From NCBI GenBank assembly GCA_030390025.1, contig JASTWF010000365.1, positions 1 to 64,000 of the forward strand: a stretch of DNA of 64,000 nt, read 5' to 3'. Every line of letters starts with the position of its first letter. The stretch's first letter is position 1. A program made the position numbers and the translations under genes. This stretch comes from Squalus acanthias (lineage: Eukaryota). Below the pieces are notes generated by a model. The model was given only the letters and a program-made list of their open reading frames with translations. It made no database searches and was not told the origin of the DNA. Below, piece by piece: positions 10,963-21,400 of this stretch.

Positions 10963-12367
10963 TCACGCGAGTGTCTCGTCTACCCGAGCATACTGGTCCC
11001 TCCAGACCCTTTGGGTTCTTGCTACTGCCTCGGGACCCTTTTTCCCACACTGGACGCAAACCAGGTAGAGGACGATCCCGAGCTGACAAATTATGAGCGC
11101 GTGTGATGCCAGACGAATCCAGGAGGGGACCTCGATATTCTCAAAGATGTCCCACCAGGGTGGGGTCGTAATATCCAGAATATCGGCCCCTATCTGGATA
11201 GTCTTCTGCTCCAGTGTATAAAAATGCTTTTGCGACACCACTACGGCTTTTAATAGTTTAATGAGGTGTTCTGGGAGAGGGGGAATCTGGTAGCCGAAGT
11301 GAGCCACATACTTTTGGAGGTTGGTGAAATTCTCTCTTACAGTTAGGTGAACTGTGGATGGTTCAGGAATGGGGACAATTCGTTCCTGGGCCACTTGAAC
11401 TTCTGCCTTGGGTTTAAAGCAGAAGCTGCTGTCACTCACCGCGCACCAGCTGTGCTGTCCGTGCTGGTAGTGAGACGCTCCTGTGGTGACGCAATATGTC
11501 CCACCTCCTATATATGCTACCTGTGGGGGAACATGGCCTTGTGCCATGGCTTCCATGGTACAATTTATAGGTTTCACGTCAGCAGCTCTGAACCCGCATT
11601 GTGGTTTCGAATAGGCATTTAAGTGCTGGGGACACAGGATGATGTGTGCTCCCCGGCTACGGCACCCCGAGAGGTCAGTACCCGTCATAGCGTGATCCCA
11701 CTTTATGACGTAGGGCGGGACCGCTGTAAAACGAACGTGTACACCCCCCTGAATGACACCAATGTTCTCCACCCTGTATACCGGCGCGGGTCGGGCCGTC
11801 CCGCTCATGACCGGCATCCTTACTATTATCCCCATGATAGTGTGGTTGGAACGTCCACAGTCCACTGGGACTGGGTAGGCCTCGGAAGCTAGTGGGAGCT
11901 GGCACGGGCTTAATGCGTTCTCAAAAGGGTGGAGGGCTGCGAGGTGCTTGTTGCTGATCCAGGAGGGGACCAAACCCTGTTTTAAGTCCTCCAGATTTCT
12001 GCGGCCCTCGCCCAGCAACCATGCCCCGTACAGTACGCACACCTCGTTCTGCGCAGCCTGATCGGACGCATTCCGATCCTCCCTAATGAGCGCATTCACC
12101 GTCTTTGCACGTATCTCCAGCTCCGCTATGATCTCCTTTAGATGGAGAGTCATGGCCTGGTCTTCATGCAGTTCCGAACCCACTACCTTATTCTCATCAG
12201 TTAAGACCTTCTTTAATTGGGTCTTCAGACCGTTGATCTGCGTCTGCAGTTCAATGTCGTCTAAACTATTAATGACTGAAGACCCCGCACTAAAACCCGT
12301 TAAAACATCATTAACAGTACCCCTTCTCTGTCTCCCCACCCCGTCCCAAGCCTCGTGGCTATGTGTA
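10963..12367 (-). CDS. env: env / class I fusion glycoprotein of element B (5'-truncated; post-cleavage subunit complete and open)
   Basis: Furin site RQRR|G (12333-12322), fusion-peptide-like [19 protein letters not shown], heptad repeat, long Cys-rich region, second heptad, W-rich PPWWDIF..PSW, TM helix [20 protein letters not shown] and a short tail; followed by PPT and LTR. The ORF-track 'start' at 12387 lies inside CR1 sequence. Confidence 0.85.
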
Positions 12368-14197
12368 TATCTTTGTATCATCAGCAAACTTGGCTACATT
12401 ACACTCAGTCCCTTCATCCAAGTCATTAATATAGATTGTAAATAGTTGAGGCCCCAGCACTGATCCCTGTGGCACCCCACTAGTTACCGTTTGCCAACCG
12501 GAAAATAACCCATTTATCCCGACTCTCTGTTTTCTGTTAGTTAGCCAATCCTCTATCCATGCTAATATATTACCCCCAACCCCGTGAGCTCTTATCTTGT
12601 GCAGTAAACTTTTATGTGGCACCTTATCGAATGCCTTCTGGAAATCCAAATACAACACATCCACTCCCTTTATCCACCCTGCTCGTTACATCCTCAAAGA
12701 ACGCCAGCAAATTTGTCAAACATGATTTCCCTTTCATAAAACCATGTTGACTCTGCTTGACTGTATTATGATTTTCTCAATGTCCTGCTACTACTTCCTT
12801 AATAATAGACTCCAGCATTTTCCCAATGACAGATGTTAGGCTAACTGGCCTATAGTTTCCTGCTTTCTGTCTCCCTCCCTTCTTAAATAGGGGTGTTACA
12901 TTTGCGGTTTTCCAATCCGCTGGGACCTCTCCAGAATCCAGGGAATTTTGGTATATTGCAACCAATGCATCCACTATCTCTGCAGCCACTTCTTTTAAGA
13001 CCCTAGGATGCAGGCCATCAGGTCCAGGGGACTTGTCCACCTTTAGTCCCATTATTTTACCGAGTACTTTTTCTTTAGTGATAGTGATTGTTTTAAGTTC
13101 CCCCTCCCTATAGCCCCTTGATTATGTATTATTGGGATGGTTTTAGTGTCTTCTACCGTGAAGACTGATACAAAATATTTGTTCAAAGTCTTTGCCATTT
13201 CCCTGTTCCCCATTATTAATTCCCCAGACTCATCCTCTAGGGGACCAACATTTACTTTAGCTACCCTCTTCCTTTTTATACACCTGTAGAAGCTCTTACT
13301 ATCTGTTTTTATATTTCTTGCTAGTTTACTCTCATAATCCATCTTCTCTCTCTTTATTATTTTTTTAGTCATAGTTTGCTGGTTTTTAAAAATGTCCCAA
13401 TCCTCTGGCCTCCCACTAATCTTGGCAACATTGTATGCCTTTGTTTTCAATTTGATACCATCCTTTACTTCCTCAGTTAGCCACGGGTGGTTCTCCCTTC
13501 TCTTAAAGTCTTTCCTTCTCACTGGAATATATTTTTGTTGAGAGTTATGAAATATCTCCTTAAATGTCTACCATTGCTTATCAACCGTCTTACCCTTTAA
13601 TCTATTTTCCCAGTCCACTTTAGCCAACTCTGCTTTCATACCTTTGTAATTGCCTTTATTTAAGATCAGGACACTGGTTTGAGACCCAACTTTCTCACCC
13701 TCTAATTGAATTTGAAATTCAACCATGATATGATCACTCTTTCCTAGAGGATCCTTTACTATGAGATCATTTATTAATCCTGTCTCATTACACACTACCA
13801 GATCTAAGATAGCCTGCTCCCTGGTTGGTTCCACAACGTATTGTTCTGGGAAACCATCTCGGATACACTCTACGAACACTTCCTCGAGGCTACCTTGGCC
13901 AATTTGATTTGTCCAATCAATATGAAGATTAAAATCGCCCATGATTATTGCTGTACCTTTCTTACAAGCTTCTTCTTGATTTATACTCTGTCCAACAGTG
14001 TAGCTACTGTTAGGGGGCCGATAGACTATGCCCATCAGTGACTTCTTTCCCTTCTTAGTTCTTATCTCCACCCAAACTGATTCAATATCTTGCTCTTCTG
14101 AGCCAACATCCTTTCTCAGTACTGCACTGATCTCATCCTTTATTAACAGAGAGACCCCACCTCCTTTTCCTTTCTGTCTATCCTTCCGAAATGTCAA
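12368..14197 (-). mobile_element. CR1 ORF2 fragment (endonuclease through RT FADD), frameshifted and truncated at both ends
   Basis: ORFs 13568-14197 (IIMGDFN, SDH), 13052-13522, 12777-13052 (KSPGPDG, NYRPVSLTS) and 12359-12664 ([26 protein letters not shown]). Confidence 0.92.
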
Positions 14198-14204
14198 ATG
14201 TCAA

Positions 14205-16915
14205 AGTATTTGTGTCTCTCTCTTTCTGTATCTGTGTCTCTCTCTTTCTGTATTTGTGTCTCTCTCTCTTTCAGTATCTGTCTCTCTCTCTCTTTCTGTA
14301 TTTGTCTCTCTCTCTCTTTCTGTATCTGTCTCTCTCTCTTTCTGTATCTGTCTCTCTCTCTCTCTCTGTATCTGTCTCTCTCTCTCTTTCTGTATCTGTC
14401 TCTCTCTCTCTTTCTGTATCTGTCTCTCTCTCTCTTTCTGTATTTGTCTCTCTCTCTCTTTCTGTATCTGTCTCTCTTTCTGTATCTGTCTCTCTCTCTC
14501 TCTGTATCTGTCTCTCTCTCTCTTTCTGTATCTGTCTCTCTCTCTCTTTCTGTATCTGTCTCTCTCTCTTTCTGTATCTGTCTCTCTCTCTCTTTCTGTA
14601 TCTGTCTCTCTCTCTCTTTCTGTATCTGTCTCTCTCTCTCTTTCTGTATCTGTCTCTCTCTCTCTTTCTGTATCTGTCTCTCTCTCTCTTTCTGTATCTG
14701 TCACTCTCTCTCTTTCTGTATCTGTCTCTCTCTCTCTTTCTGTATCTGTCTCTCTCTCTCTTTCTGTATCTGTCTCTCTCTCTTTCTGTATTTGTGTCTC
14801 TCTTTCTGTATCTGTCTCTCTCTCTCTTTCTGTATCTGTGTCTCTCTCTCTTTCTGTATCTGTCTCTCTCTCTTTCTGTATCTGTCTCTCTCTCTTTCTG
14901 TATTTGTGTCTCTCTCTCTTTCTGTATGTGTCTCTCTCTCTTTCTGTATCTGTGTCTCTCTCTCTTTCTGTATCTGTCTCTCTCTCTTTCTGTATCTGTC
15001 TCTCTCTTTCTGTATTTGTGTCTCTCTCTCTTTCTGTATCTGTGTCTCTCTCTCTTTCTGTATCTGTCTCTCTCTCTCTTTCTGTATCTGTCTCTCTCTC
15101 TTTCTGTATTTGTGTCTCTCTCTCTTTCTGTATCTGTCTCTCTCTTTCTGTATTTGTCTCTCTCTCTCTCTGTATCTGTCTCTCTCTCTTTCTGTATCAG
15201 TCTCTCTCTCTCTGTATCTGTCTCTCTCTCTCTTTCTGTATCTGTCTCTCTCTCTCTTTCTGTATCTGTCTCTCTCTCTCTTTCTGTATCTGTCTCTCTC
15301 TCTCTTTCTGTATCTGTCTCTCTCTCTCTCTCTGTATCTGTCTCTCTCTCTCTTTCTGTATCTGTCTCTCTCTCTCTTTCTGTATCTGTCTCTCTCTCTC
15401 TTTCTGTATCTGTCACTCTCTCTCTTTCTGTATCTGTCACTCACTCTCTTTCTGTATCTGTCTCTCTTTCTGTATCTGTCTCTCTCTCTCTTTCTGTATC
15501 TGTCTCTCTCTTTCTGTATCTGTCTCTCTCTCTCTTTCTGTATCTGTCTCTCTCTCTCTCTCTCTGTCTGTATCTGTCTCTCTCTCTCTTTCTGTATCTG
15601 TCTCTCTCTCTCTTTCTGTATCTGTCTCTCTCTCTCTCTCTGTATCTGTCTCTCTCTCCTTTCTGTATCTGTCTCTCTCTCTCTTTCTGTATCTGTCTCT
15701 CTCTCTCTTTCTGTATCTGTCACTCTCTCTCTTTCTGTATCTGTCTCTCTCTCTCTTTCTGTATCTGTCTCTCTCTTTCTGTATCTGTCTCTCTCTTTCT
15801 GTATCTGTCTCTCTCTTTCTGTATCTGTCTCTCTCTCTCTTTCTGTATCTGTCTCTCTCTCTCTTTCTGTATCTGTCTCTCTCTTTCTGTATCTGTCTCT
15901 CTCTCTTTCTGTATCTGTCTCTCTCTGTCTTTCTGTATCTGTGTCTCTCTCTCTTTCTGTATCTGTCTCTCTCTCTTTCTGTATCTGTCTCTCTCTCTTT
16001 CTGTATTTGTGTCTCTCTCTCTTTCTGTATCTGTCTCTCTCTCTCTTTCTGTATCTGTCTCTCTCTCTTTCTGTATCTGTCTCTCTCTCTTTCTGTATTT
16101 GTGTCTCTCTCTCTTTCTGTATCTGTCTCTCTCTTTCTGTATTTGTCTCTCTCTCTTTCTGTATCTCTCTCTCTCTCTTTCTGTATCTGTCTCTCTCTCT
16201 CTTTCTGTATCTGTCTCTCTCTCTTTCTGTATCTCTCTCTCTCTTTCTGTATCTGTGTCTCTCTCTCTTTCTGTATCTGTCTCTCTCTCTTTCTGTATTT
16301 GTCTCTCTCTCTTTCTGTATCTGTGTCTCTCTCTCTTTCTGTATCTGTGTCTCTCTCTCTTTCTGTATCTCTCTCTTTCTGTATCCATGTCTCTCTTTCA
16401 GTATCTGTATCTCTTTCTCTCTGTATCTGTCTCTCTCTCTTTCTGTATCTGTGTCTCTCTCTGTATCTGTCTCTCTCTCTTTCTGTATCTGTCTCTCTCT
16501 TTCTGTATCTGTCTCTCTCTCTTTCTGTATCTGTGTCTCTCTATTTCTGTATCTGTGTCTCTCTATTTCTGTATCTGTGTCTCTCTCTTTCTGTATGTGT
16601 CTCTCTCTCTCTCTCTCTCTGTATCTGTCTCTCTCTCTTTCTGTATGTGTCTCTCTCTTTCTGTATCTGTCTCTCTCTCTTTCTGTATCTGTGTCTCTCT
16701 ATTTCTGTATCTGTGTCTCTCTCTTTCTGTATCTGTATCTCTCTCTGTATCTGTCTCTCTCTCTCTTTCTGTATCTGTCTCTCTCTCTCTTTCTGTATCT
16801 GTCTCTCTCTCTGTATCTGTGTCTCTCTCTCTTTCTGTATCAGTGTCTCTCTCTCTCTCTCTTTCTGTATCTGTGTGTCTCTCTCTCTGTATCTGTCTCT
16901 CTCTCTCTGTATTCT
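14205..16915. repeat. Pyrimidine-rich minisatellite, (TC)n-TTTCTGTATCTG, ~22-28 bp unit
   Basis: Directly visible; source of the spurious 900-aa ORFs. Confidence 0.95.
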
Positions 16916-16988
16916 GTATCATTGGCTGTCAAGCGCTTTGGGACATCCTGATGTCATGAAACGCGCTGTAATAATGCAAATCAATGTT

Positions 16989-16994
16989 TTTATT
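16989..16994 (-). terminator. Candidate polyadenylation signal AATAAA of the LU-TM gene
   Basis: TTTATT on the plus strand, ~1.5 kb downstream of the stop codon at 18468. Confidence 0.4.
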
Positions 16995-17339
16995 AAATAA
17001 AAGAGTACATCTTGGTTTAAAACAGATGGGGTCACAGCAGATTAATAGACACTAAACTGCAAGAGGCATTAGCTTGAACAGATTAAAGCCGCGTCACTAC
17101 ACTGGAAGCAAATGTTTATGGCCCCGATCGCCGAGGTTACAATCTGAATGTCTTTCATTCGCCAACTCGTGAAAGGTGTCGTCTCAAATCCACAGCAAGT
17201 GGCAGAGAAAACGATTGTCCAATCGCAGTCACATCCCGCTCGAGAGATACCGGTGTACAGAGAGAAACTTCCCCACAGTTGGCAGTCAGGGTCAACACTG
17301 GGGGGGGCGGGAGGGGCAGGAACGTCAGAAAGTGCCAAC

Positions 17340-18430
17340 CCTGGGGAGCAGGAGCCTCAGTCACCAGGACACCACCAGGGGAGCAGGAGCCTCAGTCACC
17401 AGGACACCACCTGGGGGAGAAGGAGCCTCAGTCACCAGGACACCACCAGGGGAGCAGGAGCCTCAGTCACCAGGACACCACCAGGGGGAGAAGGAGCCTC
17501 AGTCAGAGTGAAAACCAGGGGGAGCAGGATCATCAGTCAGGGTCCCCACCAGGGGGAGCAGGAGAATCAGTCAGAGTGACCACCAGGGGGAGCAGGAGCC
17601 TCAGTCAGAGTGACCACCAGGGGGAGCCGGAGCCTCAGTCAGAGTGACCACCAGGGGGAGCAGGAGAATCAGTCAGAGTGACCACCAGGGGGAGCAGGAA
17701 CATCAGTCAGAGTGACCACCAGGGGGAGCAGGATCCTCAGTCAGAGTGACCACCAGGGGGAGCAGGAGCCTCAGTCAGAGTGACCACCAGGGGGAGCAGG
17801 AGCTTCAGTCAGAGTGACCACCAGGGGGAGCCGGAGCCTCAGTCAGAGTGACCACCAGGGGGAGCAGGAGAATCAGTCAGAGTGACCACCAGGGGGAGCA
17901 GGAACATCAGTCAGAGTGACCACCAGGGGGAGCAGGAGCCTCAGTCAGAGTGACCACCAGGGGGAGCAGGAGCCTCAGTCAGAGTGACCACCAGGGGGAG
18001 CAGGAGCCTCAGTCAGAGTAACTACCAGGGGGAGCAGGAGTCACAGTCAGAGTGACCACCAGGGGGAGCAGGATCCTCACTCATGGTGACCACCAGGGGA
18101 GCAGGAGCCTCACTCATGGTGACCACCAGGGGAGCAGGAGCCTCAGTCAGAGTGACCACCAGGGGGAGCAGGAGAATCAGTCAGGGTGACCACCAGGGGG
18201 AGCAGGAGCCTCAGTCAGAGTGACCACCAGGGGGAGCAGGAGCCTCAGTCAGAGTGACCACCAGGGGGAGCAGGATCCTCAGTCAGAGTCACCACCAGGG
18301 GGAGCAGGAGAATCAGTCAGAGTGACCACCAGGGGGAGCAGGAGCCTCAGTCAGAGTGACCACCAGGGGGAGCAGGAGCCTCAGTCAGAGTCACCACCAG
18401 GGGGAGCAGGAGAATCAGTAACCAGGACAC
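17340..18430. repeat. 34-bp minisatellite (TCAGTCAGAGTGACCACCAGGGGGAGCAGGAGCC), ~30 copies
   Basis: Directly visible; lies in the presumed 3' UTR of the LU-TM gene. Confidence 0.95.
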
Positions 18431-18467
18431 CCGATGCTCTGGAAAACTTGGTTCATCGCGAAGGTAT

Positions 18468-18490
18468 TCACACAGGACCGGAGTCTGTAT
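18468..18490 (-). CDS. LU-TM gene, last coding exon (DTDSGPV*)
   Basis: Strong acceptor cctgtctttccctcctccAG; the phase-1 join gives GAT...GTG TGA. Confidence 0.6.
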
Positions 18491-21400
18491 CTGGAGGAGG
18501 GAAAGACAGGAATTCAGACACATCAGTTTAACATCAACTTGCATTTATCTCGCGTCTTTACAACCTCTCAAGGCACGTCACAGAGCGTAAATCGGACAAA
18601 AATTTGAGACCGAGATATTAGGACAGGTGGCCAAAAGCTTGGTCAAAGAGGTCGGTTTTAAGGAGGTCTTAAAGGAGGAGAGAGAGACGGAGAGGTTTAG
18701 GGAGGGAATTCCAGAGCTCGGGGCCCAGGCAGCTGAAGGCACGGCCGCCAATGGTGGAGCGATGGAAATAGGGGGATGCGCAAGAGGCCAGAATTGGAGG
18801 AGCGCAGAGATCTCGGGGGGTTGTAGGGGCTGGAGGAGGTTACAGAGATAGGGAGGGTTGTAGGGGCTGGAGGAGGTTACAGAGATAGGGAGGGTTGTAG
18901 GGGGCTGGAGGAGGTTACAGAGATAGGGAGGGTTGTAGGGGCTGGAGGAGGTTACAGAGATAGGGAGGGTTGTAGGGGCTGGAGGAGGTTACAGAGATGG
19001 GAGGGTTGTAGGGGCTGGAGGAGGTTACAGAGATAGGGAGGGTTGTAGGGGCTGGAGGAGGTTACAGAGATAGGGAGGGTTGTAGGGGGCTGAAGGAGGT
19101 TACAGAGATAGGGAGGGTTGTAGGGCTGGAGGAGGTTACAGAGATAGGGAGGGTTGTCGGGGCTGGAGGAGGTTACAGAGATAGGGAGGGTTGTAGGGGC
19201 TGGAGGAGGTTACAGAGATAGGGAGGGTTGTAGGGGCTGGAGGAGGTTACAGAGATAGGGAGGGTTGTAGGGGGCTGGAGGAGGTTACAGAGATAGGGAG
19301 GGTTGTAGGGGGCTGAAGGAGGTTACAGAGATAGGGAGGGTTGTAAGGGGCTGGAGGAGGTTACAGAGATAGGGAGGGTTGTAGGGGGCTGAAGGAGGTT
19401 ACAGAGATAGGGAGGGTTGGAGTGGCTGGAGGAGGTTACAGAGATAGGGAGGGTTGTAGGGGGTTGGAGGAGGTTCCAGAGAACAGGAGTTCTGGTCAGA
19501 CTGCACATGGAGAACTGGGGAGTTGGATATATTACTGAAAGGGGTAAATTTGCAGATCAGGGGGAGTGGGACTGATTGGATCTACTCTTCCAAAAGGGCT
19601 GGCACAGGCACGATGGGGCGAGTGGCCTCCTTCTGTGCTGTCTGATTCTATGATTCCAAGTTGAAAGTCCACCAGACTGACCTCTGTTCCTTTTCCAGCA
19701 GCACCAACATATCAGCAACAATATCAGGACTCCGGCTCCGAGTCCAACTACTGTTCCCACGATACATCCAACGCTGGCTGCAGGAGGAAGCAGAACAAAG
19801 ATTGAAAAATAACAATACTGAGGAGAGCTGGGCTGACCCGTACCGCGATTCTGAACACAGGTCAGAGGTCAGTGTAGGCCGGGCCCTGTCCTCTCTGCAA
19901 CCAGACTCAACACTTTTAAACAGCAACATAGGAACAGGAGGAGGCCCATTCAGCCCCTCCCGCCTGTTACATAGGAACAGGAGGAGGCTCATTCAGCCCC
20001 TCGAGCCTGTTACATAGGAACAGGAGGAGGCCCATTCAGCCCCTCGAGCCTGTTACATAGGAACAGGAGGAGGCCCATTCAGCCCCTCCCGCCTGTTACA
20101 TAGGAACAGGAGGAGGCCCATTCAGCCCCTCCCGCCTGTTACATAGGAACAGGAGGAGGCCATTCAGCCCCTCGATCCTGTTACACAGGAACAGGAGGAG
20201 CCCATTCAGCCCCTCGAGCCTGTTACATAGGAACAGGATGAGGCCCATTCAGCCCCTCGAGCCTGTTACACAGGAACAGGAGGAGGCCATTCAGCCCCTC
20301 GAGCCTGTTACACAGGAACAGGAGGAGGCCATTCAGCCCCTCGAGCCTGTTACACAGGAACAGGAGGAGCCCATTCAGCCCCTCAGGCCTGTTACACAGG
20401 AACAGGAGGAGCTCATTCAGCCCCTCAGGCCTGTTACACAGGAACAGGAGGAGCTCATTCAGCCCCTCAGGCCTGTTACACAGGAACAGGAGGAGCTCAT
20501 TCAGCCCCTCGAGCCTGTTACACAGGAACAGGAGGAGCCCATTCAGCCCCTCAGGCCTGTTACACAGGAACAGGAGGAGGCCCATTCAGCCCCTCGAGCC
20601 TGTTACACAGGAACAGGAGGAGGCCATTCAGCCCCTCGGGCCTATTACACAAGGACAGGAGGAGGCCCATTCAGCCCCTCGGGCCTGTTACATAGGAACA
20701 GGAGGAGGCCCATTCAGCCCCTCGAGCCTGTTACACAGGATCAGGAGGAGTCCCATTCAGCCCCTCGAGCCTGTTACACAGGAACTGGAGGAGGCACATT
20801 CAGTCCCTCGAGCCTGTTACACAGGAACTGGAGGAGGCCCATTCAGCCCCTCGAGCCTGTTACATAGGAACAACAGGAGCCCATTCAGCCCCTCGGGCCA
20901 GTTACAAAGGAACAGGAGTAGCCCATTCAGCCCCTCGGGCCTGTTACTTAGGAACAGGAGGAGGCCCATTCAGCCCCTGGAGCCTGTTATACAGGAACAG
21001 GAGGAGCCCATTCAGCCCCCTCGAACCTGTTACACAGGAACCGGAGGAGGCCCATTCAGCCCCTCGGGCCTGTTACACAGGAACAGGAGGAGGCCATTCA
21101 GCCCCTCGAGCCTGTGACACAGGAACAGGAGGAAGCCATTCAGCCCCTTGAGCCTGTTCCACAGGAACAGGAGGAGCCCATTCAGCCCCTCGAGCCTGTT
21201 ATAAAGGAACAGGAGGAGCCCATTCAGCCCCACAGGCCTGTTACACAGGAACAGGAGGAGGACATTCAGCCCCTCGAACCTGTTATATAGGAACAGGAGG
21301 AGGCCATTCAGCCCCTCGAGCCTGTTACATAGGAACAGGAGGAAGCCATTCAGCCCCTCGAGCCTGTTCCACAAGAACAGGAGGAAGCCATTCAGCCCCT

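Noticed and set aside
5744..12387. Single provirus with a natively antisense env gene
   Set aside because: env has its own co-oriented PPT and LTR on the minus strand, and the two LTRs differ internally, so two elements fit better.
12368..12387. Start codon of the 474-aa env ORF
   Set aside because: These codons are CR1 RT sequence (FADDTK region in another frame); the true env start and signal peptide are missing.
14028..17000. 900+ aa ORFs in three frames (SLSLSV / ERERETDT)
   Set aside because: Artefacts of a stop-poor (TC)n minisatellite.
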